Below are positions 1 to 13,903 of a stretch of DNA of 64,000 bases, piece after piece. The stretch is from Phoronis australis (taxonomy: Eukaryota; Animalia; Phoronida), in the NCBI GenBank assembly GCA_002633005.1, contig NMRA01000150.1, forward strand, positions 326,434 through 390,433. The letters are read 5' to 3'. How positions within the stretch are numbered: position 1 is the stretch's first letter; each line of letters starts with the position of its first letter. Under the pieces are notes generated by a model that did not search any database, was not told the origin of the DNA, and saw nothing but the letters and a program-made list of their open reading frames with translations. The translations under genes were made by a program, and so were the position numbers.

Positions 1-37
1 TGAGAGGAACACTTTGCAAAATGAAAGCTCCACCTAC

Positions 38-190
38 CAGCCTAGCAAAGTCCACAACAGGTTCATCACAGGCGACCTCATGTAACAACTTGAGACTGGG
101 TAGATCCCAGGTTTGAATAACATCATACTGCTGACCATGACAAGTAGTGACCAGACAGTTGTATGCTCTGTTCTGCTCAATGTGAACAAT
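38..190 (-). CDS. WD40-repeat gene exon (IVHIEQNRAYNCLVTT...IQTWDLPSLKLLHEV...FARL); gene continues beyond the window
   Basis: ttacag acceptor, gtaggt donor, 153 bp, contains TWDL. Confidence 0.8.
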
Positions 191-380
191 CTGTAAGAAC
201 ATTGAACATCAAATTGTGTCATTGAAAATGGAAAATGTCACAGATCAATCTCCAGATGCATTGTCTTCGTGGCAATGAAACATGAACAAACCATCACTCC
301 ATTAGACAGATACTCTTCAACTTTATACTTAAGTAAATGAAGTGATTTCAACATCACTGACTGAGATGATGAAATATGAT

Positions 381-677
381 ATTGCTGTCTACAACTTACA
401 TACAGTACGTACTGCTGCCTACAACTTACATACTGTAAGTACTGCTGTCTACGACTTACATATTGTAAGAACTGCTGTCTACAACTTACAAAATGTAAGT
501 ACTGCTGTCTACAACTTACATACTGTAAGAACAACTGTCTACCACTTACATACTGTAAGTACTGCTGTCTACAACTTACATACAGTACGTACTGCTGTCT
601 ACAACTTATGTACTGTAAGTACTGCTGTCTACGACTTACATACTGTAAGTACTGCTGTCTACAACTTACATACTGTC
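381..677. repeat. 30-bp minisatellite, ~10 copies
   Basis: Unit ACTGCTGTCTACAACTTACATACTGTAAGT. Confidence 0.95.
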
Positions 678-872
678 TGTAAGAATTGCTGTCTAGCACT
701 TACATACTAGTTACTTTAAGTACACACCGTGTTGGTAATGAGTCGTTTTTGCAAACTTATTGCATTTTGTTTGCTAAATTGCCAGAAATTTGATTTCAAT
801 ATGTATTTTTCCACAAACAACTTAATTCTATAATTCTGGATCACATTACCGCTGCACGTGCACCTGACTTAC

Positions 873-947
873 ACTATCTTTGTTGGCTTTGAATTCCATG
901 TACTTCTTGCCCTTGATGTATGGATCCAGGAATAAGATCCGACCATC
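873..947 (-). CDS. WD40-repeat gene exon (DGRILFLDPYIKGKKYMEFKANKDS)
   Basis: ttacag acceptor, gtaagt donor, 75 bp, phase 0 to 0; LLLGLK-DGRILFLD is a WD40-like strand. Confidence 0.85.
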
Positions 948-1686
948 CTGTAAACAGCACATCAATGACCTCACAAGTCAGCGACATTACAAATTAAGCA
1001 TCCAATGCGATGAAATGTTTAACCATATGTTAAGTGGGGTTGGGATGACAAACCGTACATTGAATCAAAAAGATAAAGCTGCCCCATACATTGCAATTCT
1101 GCCACTTGAAAAAACATCAATTTTAATTCTGTGATAACGGATTTTGAGAACCAGGGTAACATTCCATAGATCAAGTTTCTTCTGAGAAAAGTAAGATCTC
1201 GCAAACCTTGCAAAATCACGTGAGTGAAAGGCACTTGTTTTGCGAGTATGCTTGGGAGGTTGTTAGCCTATCCTAGCAAAATGCATGTAAACACAATGCT
1301 TCATATAGGGTTGGTATTATTTTTTGAGTGTAGAGTACTTTAAAGTAAGCATTCCTGATTCACATTCTCTTGTTGACACATCTCCATGAGTGATCTGTTC
1401 ACATCATTTCACAAGGTCTTGTATCAAAACTAGTAAGCAACTATTGAGCAGCAATTTGTCATGTCAAAGGTCAGTATACTCTATTCCAAACAAATAATTT
1501 GATACACCTATAGAACACAAATGAAAGTTTTACAGCACCAGTGTGTTGCAGTCATTTACAGCACCAGTGTGTGTCACTCATTTACAGCAGTCACACGGTG
1601 AAGACAAGGCTTTACAGCAGTAACACCGTGTAGTCAAGTTAAACAGTAGTCAAATGGTGTAGCGAAGACTTTATATTGCTACTAAC

Positions 1687-1867
1687 CTTCAGACCAAGCA
1701 GAAGATATCTATCATTGACTGGGCAACACTCTCCCTCCTCCGTCCATACACACGCCGGTGAAGACAGACAACAGATAGACAGCACATCAACCGATAATTC
1801 TTCGCCGACAGCTGCCATCTCCGTCGCGCGGTGATTAAGGTGTGTAGACACCTGCTTCTTGGAATCC
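1687..1867 (-). CDS. WD40-repeat gene exon (RDSKKQVSTH...YLLLGLK)
   Basis: ttttgcag acceptor, gttagt donor, phase 2 to 0; joins to DGRILF. Confidence 0.85.
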
Positions 1868-3669
1868 CTGCAAAAAATAAAAAGAGGCAATGAACTAGTT
1901 AGTGAGCATTGTTAGACCTAAAAGATTGGATTTCATTTGCCAGTTCCATGTTCACATGATAGCACAGCGGAAAAAGAGAGTAAATAATTGCTAAATCTGA
2001 ATACACGCCATATGGTAAGGGGCAAACGTCTGCTGTAACATTGAGAAACACTTCGGTGATGATTTTAACCATGCCTGTGAAATGAAACTGGGAAATACAT
2101 ATGGGTGAATTTAGAGAAGCACGAAAATACGTGAATATTGTTGTGGGTCAAAAAACAGGACATTCTGGTGCTGTGGCAGGACAAATGTTCAAACAGTGTG
2201 ACAGTCTTTATAATGTGGTGTGCACCAATATAGTAAAATATCATCTGCTTATAAATCACAGCACAGACAATGCTCAGCTTTGCTAATTTGCTACGGTGTG
2301 AACTGTGAAGCAAGGCTGACTACCAGCCTTACAGTCACTTGGTACGTTTGGGATGTCATGCATCACTACAATCAAATGTGAGCGTAAGGCAAACACATCA
2401 CGTTAGATATTTATGACACGATGACAAAATAGTAATAGAAAGGAGCCATTAAGCTACTTTGGAAAGAAATGAAGTCTTTCAACGGGCACAAAGCAACTTC
2501 AAGTAACAATGGCAAATTTCAGAGAATATCATTCTGTAAGTTGTAGTTCATCCGAGTGACTATCGGTTACCTACCTTAGTTTGTGTATGTGCCTTTTACC
2601 TAACAGAGACACTTTCAATTACTTTCTAACAGAGTGACTGTCTGTAACATATCTTTGTGACTACCATTTACCTAATGAGTGACTATCTGTATCTGAGTGA
2701 CAGCCTCTCACACTGCTCACAGAAAGCATGCAAACATTAACTGATGAACTTCTTCAAGCAAATTTTCACCAATTAACAGAAAAAAATTTTAATCAAACTT
2801 TCACCATTTGCTCAACTTTGAAAGTAATACATGCAAACTCCACATCTACGTAACAAAATGAAACTCAAGTGAAACGATAATAACAATGGTAAGACAACTC
2901 TCTCTCTCCACAAGGTACCGTGCTAAGAATGACTTTCTGATGCGACCGATCTTCATTATTCTTTTTGAGAGCAAACAACAAGTTTTTAAACTGTTCAAAC
3001 TGAAACAAACTCAATATTCTATCCAGAGTGATCTGGACTATTTATCAAACAACCTTGTAAATTAATCATTTATGGTGATTGTGCAAGCAAAACGCACAAC
3101 CACATGACAATGTTCACCAGTACAATCTCCCTATCTTCCAACAAACATTGATTCTATGCATTTTGCAAATTGGTTATTTTATCATAGAAATGCTTTTCCA
3201 ACGACTTTGTTGTACGTTTGCGTCATTTCTATATCAGTATTTCATTAGGGCGTTCTCCCAATCAGTGATGTTACCAGACACAGATCAATTGTGAATGTTT
3301 GATAAGATGTTGCTCCTTTGTTAGCAGACCAACTCAGTTTGTCTGGTATGACAACATGCAGGACAATAATATACAAGGCTTCAAAGGGTTACTGAAACCA
3401 AGCACATCCAGTAACAGAACAACAACAATGAATAAACGATGGTCATGTTTTCTGGGTTTGTCAATAACCACTCAGTATTCATTGCCATTGGGACTTGTTC
3501 CACAAAAGATTTAGCTTTAGTTGGGAGTGGACTCCAGCAACCATTATTAACTCTGAGAAGTCGAGACGCTCTCGAATAAACAAGTTGTTCCAACTGCTCA
3601 TTTTGTTGTGCTGTTGTTTAGAATAACTAAAGTATAGTTGTTGCACCTCACTATCGATCGAGTATGAAC

Positions 3670-4030
3670 ATGGCCAAACCCAGTGTATTGGTAATAAGTT
3701 CAGACAGAATAGATCGTCTTAACTTCAGTTGCAGTTGGGCAATATTGGTGATTCAAAAACTAAATGCAGTGAACATTTGATGAGGAATTCAGAATTGTTA
3801 TTGGTTTAGGTTCATACATGACTTAGCTTTTATCTTTAACAGCACAGCCACGGAAAGCTGCATACTAAGTTATCAGATTTGATCAACTATTGAACAAAAG
3901 AGATCTGTCCCTCCAACCATGAATATCAGAATGAAGTTAATCAGTCATATAAGCTACTGGCCATGCTGGTCAACTGCCCAACTAGTTTATTGCCATCTGA
4001 TCGAACAAGTTGGGGTTAACGGGAGAACGC
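3670..4030 (+). repeat. Dispersed repeat, copy 1 (related to 16682-17050)
   Basis: Shared collinear blocks GCCAAACCCAG, GAATAGATCGT..AACTTCAGTTG.AGTTGGGCAAT, CCCTCCAACCAT. Confidence 0.7.
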
Positions 4031-4758
4031 CGTAAGAAAGTGGTTACGAAAAATTACAAAACTGTGAGTGAATGATAAGCAAAATTGTCACAGCTTTTAC
4101 TGTGAAATCAGAATCACTTGGTCACTATAAACTAATATGTACAGTTATGATAATTACAATGTTGACACCATGTCACGTAGTGCACTGTACAGATGTACGT
4201 TTTAAATTAGGTCAATATGCTGCAGTTAATTTGTAAACTGAAGGACCATTCATCAGATGGAACAAAAGTTAACAAAGAGGTTAGAGCCAGTAAGGTGTAC
4301 CATACCATGTAAGTTTTAGAACAAATCTTCAGGTGGAACTGTCAGTCATGACAGGGAAAAGACATTTTGTGTGTTTTCTTTTGGCCTGTACTCTAAAACA
4401 TTCTCAGTATTTATGTCACACAGAGGCAAAAATCAATTTCAATTTTTAATGACTCGTGAAAAATTTAGTAGAAACTCTTAAGTACTTTTTAAAATGCACT
4501 TTTCATAAAAAACACATTAAAGTAGAAAGTTAAATCTTTTGCCCCAGAAGTTGCGATTTTACTCATGACAGGTAAGATGTATAGAATCAGTATATTATTT
4601 TTCTCTTGCAATGTGACCAATGAAATACACTTGGCTGTTTAATTTCTCAAAATACTGAAAATCCCCCGGACATTCAGGGAGGCAAAATTCCCAGAAAAGT
4701 AAATAATATATGCAACCTTTGTTTAGTAAATGACAATCATGACAGCAAAAACAAATAC

Positions 4759-4875
4759 CTCTTTGTAGACTTCATGTCCTGACTGATGTCAGTTTGTTTC
4801 ACTTCAAACTGCAGACGCGCCATCTCTTGGAGATCTTGAGTGTCCCAAACAGCCAGACGACAAGCAGGATCTGTT
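4759..4875 (-). CDS. WD40-repeat gene exon (RTDPACRLAVWDTQDLQEM...MKSTK)
   Basis: ctacag acceptor, gtattt donor, phase 2 to 2, contains the WD dipeptide. Confidence 0.8.
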
Positions 4876-5237
4876 CTGTAGGTGGAAAGCAGGCATTAGT
4901 TTCTGACATGACCACCAGATGGAGCAGTCAACTGTAACATGCAGCACAAAGTTGCTCACAACAAATTAAACTATTTTGTAACAATAAAGTTTATGATCGC
5001 CATATTTCCCTGACATATTTTTAGAATCTTCAATCTTTCTCCTTTCAGAAATGTAATATGGTTGACAAAGCATAGTTTTTTTATTTGAGTTAGAGTTGAG
5101 GTCGTTTATTAAGGTCCTACATAACATTTAACAAACCTGCCTCAGACACGCAGTCATCACTGATTTGGTTAATAACTGGTTCCCGTATGAATTTCATAAA
5201 TGTGACACTGGTGTGCTGTCATGAAAAACTCAGACTA

Positions 5238-5628
5238 TAACACATACATCCATCCATTCACATGAGAGTGTAACACATACATCCATCCATGTACATGAGA
5301 GTGTAACACATACATCCATCCATGTACATGAGAGTGTAACACATGCATCCATCCATGCACATGAGAGTGTAACACATACATCCATCCATGTACATGAGAG
5401 TGTAACACATACATCCATCCATGCACATGAGAGTGTAACACATACATCCATCCATGCACATGAGAGTGTAACACATACATCCATCCATGCACATGAGAGT
5501 GTAACACATACATCCATCCATGTACATGAGAGTGTAACACATACATCCATCCATGTACATGAGAGTGTAACACATACATCCATCCATACACATGAGACTA
5601 TAACACATACATCCATCCATGCACATGA
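5238..5628. repeat. 33-bp minisatellite, ~12 copies
   Basis: Unit TAACACATACATCCATCCATGTACATGAGAGTG. Confidence 0.95.
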
Positions 5629-5965
5629 CAAGTCACATTCTATAGCATGTTGAGTTAATATTCTATGTGTGATAACAACATAGGCTAAATGAAGACAACT
5701 GATCTTCACTGACTGGACCAAATTAGCACTGTGTACTACTTTAACATCTAACCCTTTACCGGAAATGGCATAACACAACAGCCAACAATTATAGTCCTTT
5801 AAGGCATCCTGCATTTTGCGAACCAGTTTGATGGCCATTATTCAATGGAGAAAACTGGTTCTCAAAACGTGATACCCCTGTAAGTGACTATTACCCAATG
5901 GTTGAACATGTAAATCAAATAATTTGACAGGATGCGTTATCTAGTCAGCTATTGGCTTATCCTAC

Positions 5966-6127
5966 CGGGCAGTGTAGAGCCAGAGCGTTCGACTGTCAAT
6001 CAATACATAGATGATACTAAGCTCCCTGTTGTAAGCGACAGCCTTCACCTGCTGTAGAGGGGAGATGGGGGGTGGAGGTAGGACGGTGGACAGGTTCTGG
6101 GCTGTCTTACGTGAAAACAGCCGAATA
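5966..6127 (-). CDS. WD40-repeat gene exon (SIRLFSRKTAQNLSTVLPPPPISP...LWLYTA)
   Basis: tttcag acceptor, gtagga donor, phase 2 to 2. Confidence 0.85.
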
Positions 6128-6495
6128 CTGAAACCGTGGAAACAAGCTGTCAATTATAGAAGTTCACAAGACAATCCTCAAGTTCACAAACAACCTAGTG
6201 CTTCTAATCACTTGCAATACAACCAAGTTTCAGTTTTAACATAAATGATATGCATTTCAGTCACACTTATTTTTTAATTTGTATTTTCTGCACAGAACAA
6301 CCAGACACAGCATATTAAGTACTCATGCATTTCATTTGATTATAAAGAACTTGAAAAATTTAGAAGTTCAAAATAAAATTGCTAACATGCAAGGGATTAC
6401 AAACAAGAAAGCCATAAGTCAAAATGTTTCACCTATGTAGCAAAAGGTTAATTTCAAGCATTGCTCTTTGTTCATATAATAACAAATGAATGTAC

Positions 6496-6708
6496 CTGCT
6501 GTCAAGGCCCAGAGTAAGAACGCGTGTCGTCTTGTCCTCAATAGTCCCTGAGCAGAGCTTCATCATGTTGAGACCACTACGAGACATACTCCAGAAGCTG
6601 TATTGGTAATTGAGGTTCCATATGGTAATTGATCTCACTGTGCTTACGTACATGAGACGATCGTCTGTGAGGCCCATCCACAATATACCATCAGCAGACA
6701 TAACAATA
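6496..6708 (-). CDS. WD40-repeat gene exon (SIVMSADGILWMG...SITIWNLN...RVLTLGLDS)
   Basis: AG/GT boundaries, phase 2 to 2, beta-propeller-like sequence. Confidence 0.85.
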
Positions 6709-7274
6709 CTGTAAAAGACAGTACACATGGTAAACTAAGTTAAATTACACGAAAGAATGAAACAACTTCAAAGGCACGTTGAAGAACTTTGTTTTGAAAA
6801 GAAATGTATCATGCAGTGGTTATGTTTAAAGACTGATTATAGCAAATTTGAGGTGAATTTGAGAACAACTTGGAGATTTAAGTTCGACACATATAAGTTT
6901 TCAGAAAATATAATAAAGGCAAAATAAACAGTGAGACTCAGTATATTCTGACAAATATAATGTGGTATGGTAGTAAAAGGATGTTCACAACACTGAGTTA
7001 CATTGTTCAAGAAGCATGCATGTGATAATAGTACCTACATATCTACCATCTACAGGGTCAAAAGCTTTCTGAAAATCAACACAAGAACACTGTTTAAATG
7101 TCAGTGGATAGTTTTCTATTCAAGCACAAGTCAAACATCAGGGTTCAATAGAATGTTGTACAATGATGACACAAAGAGACATATCAAACACTCAACCTCA
7201 TAACAAATGCAACGACTAACAACCAAGTAAGACTGATACATCCCAGATGTGTTTTTACACTGCACCAAACATAC

Positions 7275-7440
7275 CTATAAACCTCTTGAAATGTATGGAG
7301 TGACCACATGCGTACTGTACCGTCCAGCGATGATGTCAGCACAAGAGACCCACAATCTGGATGAAGCATCATGTGAGTTATGGCACGAGAGTGACCTCTG
7401 AAGGTGTGAATATAACCACCAACGAGAGACCACACTTTAA
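7275..7440 (-). CDS. WD40-repeat gene exon (IKVWSLVGGYIHTFRGHSRAIT...LTSSLDGTVRMWSL)
   Basis: Canonical WD40 repeat GH...LTSSLDGTVRMW; phase 1 to 2. Confidence 0.95.
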
Positions 7441-8451
7441 CTGAAATGTAACATGAGTATTTGGTTGAGTAAAGACCAGCAATAGAGAACAAGTGAAACA
7501 TTCCTTCCCAAAGAGAAGACATGAATCTGACACAACTATAAAAGCAGAATACAAGACAATATCCAAGTCACGAAATGAAAGATTTCATGTTTCATTTGTA
7601 TTGATAATTGTCAACATTAAGTAGTCTACAACATGTTTCAACGTGTAGCAGGCACAACTAGTTTGCCTGCATTTGTGACACATTTGAAGGGCAAGGAATT
7701 TGTCATTTACACTTGGTCTGCCTTCTTTTCTATCAATGTACAGGTAAGGTCCAAATACTCCAGCCATTATCATACAAAATGCTAAGCCAGAGGTGATGAT
7801 CATTCAAGATTTGTTTCCAGGCACACACAAAGTTAATTGAGCACTGAGAGTGGGTTCATAAACAACTCTGCCTATCATACAGTACACCACTACTTTTTGG
7901 AAAATCACACAAATTAATAATTCTACATATAATTCTACAAATATGTAGAACATAAAAAAGAAACCGAAATTGGTGTTTGAATCATAAAAATTTGCTCACT
8001 ATAACTGGGTTTATGCATATCAAAATTAAATTGAATTCCGCTGCTTCACTGAGAAGGAATCAAATTAGTCCACTCTCAATAATCTTCACGTGATCATTAG
8101 ACTTGTGCTATACGCATCACAAAAGATATGGAAAGGGGCTGTCTGAATTCGCTGGATAACGAGTTAATTCACACATATATTCCACAGAAATGACGCTTCA
8201 TGCCCATGGCATCTTTCAAAAACTTTTAATGACTTTGAAAAAAGGTGTCACCACTGCAAACAACACAGTTAACTATAGCCTACTGAACCTGAAAAGTCAG
8301 GTAAATGTTCACTTAAGGTACGGCAACTGAAAGTACTTTGTACTATAGAGAATGCCAGTCACTGAATTTCCCAAACATTTGTTGCCACAGTTGGTTTTCT
8401 GTTGATAAGAATGCTGCTAGTTGTTGTGCTTAAGTTGTGATGTAGACTTAC

Positions 8452-8531
8452 TCTCAGAATCATGTGAGGAAGTGACAAGGAAGTTGGCTTCTTGTGAGTA
8501 GACACATCCACTGATGGACATGGAGTGAGCG
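8452..8531 (-). CDS. WD40-repeat gene exon (NAHSMSISGCVYSQEANFLVTSSHDSE)
   Basis: WD40 pattern AH...LVTSSHD; phase 2 to 1; canonical splice sites. Confidence 0.9.
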
Positions 8532-8841
8532 CTGTAAGATAACAAACATAGATCTATGAACAACAGTCACAAACCACAAAGGTCCAATGACAAGCTACCA
8601 AGTTAACACAAACAGTGCTGTAAGAATGTCCACAAATAGTAGGACTCCTTAAGAAACTGATGAGGAGCCAATACGCAGCATAATGATGAGACAGTTAGCA
8701 CTCATCTGACTTGCATAAGCTTGCGTGATCTTTCTTATTCATGAGATTTTTGTTCACAAAACACAGTCGCGAACAACCCCCCTAGAGAGAACCAAGCTCT
8801 GCATGATCGAATGAGGAAGAAGTGACCAAAGCCCAACTTAC

Positions 8842-8979
8842 TTCTTGAAGCTGAACAGCAAGTTACCATGGAGATCATACGCGTACAAGTCTGTGTCAGA
8901 ACAACAATACAGGTGTTGCATCACCTGGTCCAGTTCTACCTTCTTCACCCAGCTACCTCCAACATTGTTCAGCTCATAC
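8842..8979 (-). CDS. WD40-repeat gene exon (YELNNVGGSWVKKVELDQVMQHLYCCSDTDLYAYDLHGNLLFSFK)
   Basis: ttacag acceptor, gtaagt donor, phase 2 to 2, open frame. Confidence 0.85.
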
Positions 8980-9404
8980 CTGTAACAAACATGTTGTTGA
9001 GTTTGTACATAGACTACACATTAGGATTATAGCGACATCTGTGGGACAGGGTAACACTGAATGACATCACAGTTGTTTAACATATAGCAAGGGTCAGGTC
9101 ACAGGGTGATGGAGTGCTACTGTTGTGTTCTCCACAACGCAAACAAATAAGTTGAATGTGCAAACCTAATTATACCTGGGTAACACACTGTATAACAGAC
9201 ACGCTCACAGTCAGCTGTAACATGTAGAACCAGCTCGTGGCATTCTATCTTTACCCAAAGTAAAAACTGGAAACAACTTAGTATTTACATTATAAACAAG
9301 TATATTTTATGGTGAGACTTAATGTTTTCCGCAACATTTTTATTTTAAAAAGTTTTGTCAGCACATCTTCTTCAAAGTGTAAAACACAGGAGTCAAAGAA
9401 TTAT

Positions 9405-9659
9405 CCACTGATTGACTGTGCTTACTTAAGTCTAACCCACTGAGTGACTCTGCTTACTTAAGTCAAACCCACTGAGTGACTTTGCTTACTTAAGTCTAAC
9501 CCACTGAGTGACTCTGTGTACTTAAGTCTAACCCACTGAGTGACTCTGCTTACTTAAGTCTAACCCACTGAGTGACTCTGCTTACTTAAGTCTAACCCAC
9601 TGAGTGACTCTGCTTACTTAAGTCTAACCCACTGAGTGACTCTGCTTACTTAAGTCTAA
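9405..9659. repeat. 32-bp minisatellite, ~8 copies, overlapping a WD40 exon end and donor
   Basis: Unit CTTACTTAAGTCTAACCCACTGAGTGACTCTG. Confidence 0.95.
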
Positions 9660-9846
9660 GTTTGTAGTTGGCCATGGCTCTTATCTCCTTGAATGTCGAC
9701 TCTGCTGCCTGCTCAAATACCCACACCTTAGTGCCGTCAACGCCTCCCGTGATCAACTCGTCAGCGATAGGGTTGAACAACATGAATAGCACCGATCTCA
9801 TACCGGCACTCACTGAACATGTCTGTTCAAACTTGTCATTCAGTAC
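9650..9846 (-). CDS. WD40-repeat gene exon (VLNDKFEQ...FNPIADELITGGVDGTKVW...YKLRLK)
   Basis: WD40-type motif LITGGVDGTKVW; AG/GT boundaries; phase 0 to 2. Confidence 0.9.
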
Positions 9847-10210
9847 CTGTGAACACATGAAGATTTGTGTGAATGCAATAAAGCAAATAATGAACTCAGC
9901 CCAGTCAATACTTAATCAATACTTAATCAGAAAAAGTTCAAATATGCTTCTCACACAATTGTCAACTTTCACAAAATACACACTCGAAAAAAATGTACAG
10001 TTCAAAGTTACTGACATTTAAGATTCATGTCCTATGTGTAACAACCAGACAGTTATGTGTTCAACAGCCAATCACCAGCAGTCCCTATAATCAACAGCCA
10101 ATTACCAGCAGTCTCTACAATGAACAGCCAATCACCAGGAGTCTCTATATTCAATGCTTGTTTGAGAGTATCCTTTCCTCACTCCCATGATCCTCCTCTT
10201 GGCAAGGCAG

Positions 10211-10368
10211 AGATTGGACACTAAGTCACTTACAAGTATTAGAGAGATCTGGCACTAAGTCACTTACAAGTATTAGACAGATCTGGCACTAAGTCACTTA
10301 CAAGTATTAGACAGATCTGGCACTAAGTCACTTACAAGTATTAGACAGATCTGGCACTAAGTCACTTA
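10211..10368. repeat. 34-bp minisatellite, 4-5 copies
   Basis: Unit GATCTGGCACTAAGTCACTTACAAGTATTAGACA. Confidence 0.9.
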
Positions 10369-11811
10369 GTAACAGTTAAAAACCTGTCATCCAGTAACAA
10401 CATAAATCAATGGCTAGTATCGTGCAAAGCAAAGTTGGTTATGTCCAGCTAACTATAGGCAGAAATGGAACTTAATTTGCTCAAAAAAATTCATGTGTTG
10501 CATTTAATACATGCTTAGGCTTTGAAAGGATTTGGAACAAAAGTGATCAATACATGCATCTTTAAAACTATCAACAGTGATAACATCATGAAGAACTCAC
10601 AGTAATACAGACAAACAATGACATGTAATCGTGAACCACAAAATACATTCTGGTCAAACAGTGATCAAGGCAAATGACACGGGTTCTAAAAAAACTGGTA
10701 GTCTGGGTATCAATTTCCTTATATTCAAAACAACAAACAGCAAAACAGGGGCGATACTGGCAGACGTTCAATAAGATGATTTGTGTGATACTGGCAGACG
10801 TTCAAAAAGATTTGTAATTTTCAAAAGGCTAATGAGGTTACAACATGCAGGGATAGCACAACTCTTAAAACAAACATGCAGGGCTCCTCACTCGTCGACA
10901 ATCTATAAGTATAAGACACTACTTACTGTTGGATCAATAAAATCTGAGTAACTTAGTCTAAGTGATCTACTTGATGTGAAGTGACCGTGCACGTAATACT
11001 ATTTGGAGAGGGTGACAGGAAAATAGTGGTGAACTTTCTATTTTGCATCTACATGTTGGTGGTGATTTAAATGCAAATTTAATCAGGTATAAAATAAGTG
11101 AAGTTTGTGATGATTTCAATGCATATCTAATGCAGAAACAAACAAGTCAAATTGATGAAAATTTAAATGTACAAGTGAAAGTGGTGACGATTTAATACAT
11201 GAATATTTATTTTAATCAGGTATGTAACAAGTCAAATTATTACTAATATAATTTTTTAGAATGAACGTCACTGTTACTGTACAAAGTACATCAATATATG
11301 TCTAAGAAGGCATTAATGGCTATGAGAAACAGTTTTCACACACTTGGATTGGCTGAGGGTCACTTACGAGCAGGGGTATTTCATAAAATTCACTCGCATC
11401 AATTAGCTGAAAAATAGTTGGATTAAAACAAAACTGCTTCACAAAATGAAGACAGGTTACCTAGGCGACATTTACATTAGTAACTTTCAACACATTTCAG
11501 TGTAAAATAAGTTTATTCACAGTTCGAGTTACCAATGTCTAAACATTCAAACTGAAATTTATGGCAACACTTTCTTTGCTAAACTATTTGTTGTATAAAA
11601 TCACAAATAATTTCAAACATAAACATTCAAGCAAGTTCAAGGCAATAACTTGATAATGAAAATAACTGAAAATGTCAAAAAAGCATTTTAAGACTAAAAT
11701 AACAATAATGTGATAGTACTTAAACAAAATAAAGCATTGACTAGTGCAATTATAACATGGGCAATGGTGATGGATTGTGTAATATAAATATTGAGACATA
11801 ATGTAGCTTAC

Positions 11812-11921
11812 TTTCAGTGTAAAGTCCTTGCCAAGAGCAAAGTAAACGTTGTGTTTACGAGCGTATACAATGTTAGTGATGAGGCGATACTCGTACTTGG
11901 GATACAACATGGCACGTCGAG
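11812..11921 (-). CDS. WD40-repeat gene exon (ARRAMLYPKYEYRLITNIVYARKHNVYFALGKDFTLK)
   Basis: tttcag acceptor, gtaagc donor, phase 1 to 0. Confidence 0.85.
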
Positions 11922-13501
11922 CTGAAATGAGGAATAATACAATTTTGACAAAATGAAAACAACAGAGCAAACAATGACTGTCAGGGGTTCTACATGAAGC
12001 CTCGGTGCTGGGATGGAGACAGCTAAGTCATAATCCATGCCTTGATTAACACAACACTCGTCACCCCTATCAAATCTAGTGGACCCAGCCATGCCCAAGA
12101 AAGTAACTTGCGTTATACAAAACACACTTATGTCCTGGCACGGCCCAAGAACTAGGGGAGAACAGCAATCTGTCCCAATCAATCTTTCAGAGGATTATCA
12201 AGAGCAATCCTTTCTTATAACAAAACCATGTGAACTGAAGTTTGTCCTGTTATACAAATTACTTTTGCTTGATTTAAAATAGCGAGGAAACCACTCTGTG
12301 TTCCAGTCACGAAAAAGCTAGATTCAGATAACAAACAAAATCTGGTTATTCAAAAGGAAAATAATGTGAAACAAAATAACCAGCAATAACATATCAACAA
12401 AGAAAGACTGACAACATACTCAGCAGAGTATGGTAACTGAACACTAAATTCAAACAACCCAAAATTGAGCATCAACTGAAGACAGTTACACGAAAACTAA
12501 GAACTTAATTTTCATCAAAAGACACCCAAAACATCTTAAAATAAAACCAATGTGCTAACTGTACCTTTCGGTGGTAGCTCATATTTCAAGGGTACAAATC
12601 GTCCATCGCCTATGTTGTAATACAATCACACAAGAAACAGTGAAGTAATGCACTGAACCATTTTCCATTGAAATCAGAACACTAATTACAGAATGATGTA
12701 TTAAGTTATCTATTCACACCTATTCAACAAATTCATCTGAAACGTCTCATCCCTTAGAGTGCCAGCTCTTGGTTCCTAATTGCCCATTTGTCGCAAAAAT
12801 GAATTTCATTGAATTCAGCATCGTTCATATTTCCATTCAATGTCCAGGCCCACTCCCAGTTATTACTTTTTGTAATTTATTAAAAAAATAATGAGCCATT
12901 TGCAATGACGCAACTATATCTATTCTAACATGAGATGTCGAAACCACTCAAGCAGTATAGAAATATAAACAGTAAGAGAAAGTTGGTGCACCATGTGTGG
13001 GCCAACAAATCTAATAAATAGGTCATTCATTCACTGATTTAGCATACGCAACAATAGGAAATCACCGTTTGTCTCTGGGTTGTGAACTGATACAGGGCGC
13101 AAGATTATCAGTGTACTCGGATATTCATATTATACTCAGACACTGAGGAAAGGAGAGAGTTCAGTCAAAGCGACAATGGACACCAGCACAAAGTCCCGCC
13201 ATGTCACCAAAATGGACAAGATTGCATCTGTCTTTACACGGCTTCGCAGCAGACACAAAATGAGTTGATTTGGGGCAAATTTGTAAGAACTATTCATTGC
13301 ACCAACTCACATTTACAGTTGAGCCAGGTCAAATGAGTCGTTCACGCCAGACATATACAACACATGATGATTTATCATTGAAAATATCTACACATTCATA
13401 AACATTTCGATTATGTCTTATCTACTTAAGCCAACAGTGAAGCGACGACTGCGTACCAAATATAACTTATTCATAACCCGCACTCACAGATGTGCTCTTA
13501 C

Positions 13502-13594
13502 CAGTGTCCTTGACCTTGACTGAGTCCTTGCACCATGTAGTGATTCCTTTTGAATCCAACATAACAAACTCACGGAATCGACCATTGTAGCACA
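13502..13594 (-). CDS. WD40-repeat gene exon (VCYNGRFREFVMLDSKGITTWCKDSVKVKDT)
   Basis: ttgcag acceptor, gtaaga donor, 93 bp, phase 1 to 1, open frame. Confidence 0.8.
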
Positions 13595-13903
13595 CTGCAA
13601 GCAGATAAATGATGAAATGATTTTGACAATAAATATCGTGTCTTGAAAGGATTGTCTATTTATACAACACGACTAATTTGGAAGTATGTGAAGCATTGTT
13701 AGGTAAATTAAAAGTATCAGTTGACATAAAAGCCTCGATAGAACTCTACTGCTAAAAACTAATAGGACTAATCAAGAAACCTTTAATTAACAACCTGAAA
13801 GTTCGATTTAGTCCCCTTGTTGCATTTTACCATGAGTGATCGTAGACAAAGTCCTGATACATGACTATATATTGGGTATGTACCCTGGTCTCTACAGTCG
13901 TAC

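Noticed and set aside
238-710. 153-aa and 122-aa repetitive ORFs
   Set aside because: Translations of a 30-bp intronic minisatellite.
5230-5838. Three overlapping Cys/Met/His-rich ORFs resembling metal-binding proteins
   Set aside because: All three frames are open only because of a stop-free 33-bp repeat inside an intron.
13831-13903. Extension of the WD40 first coding exon to the donor at 13830
   Set aside because: That donor is phase 2 and breaks the frame with the next exon; the donor at 13903 gives the consistent phase-1 join.
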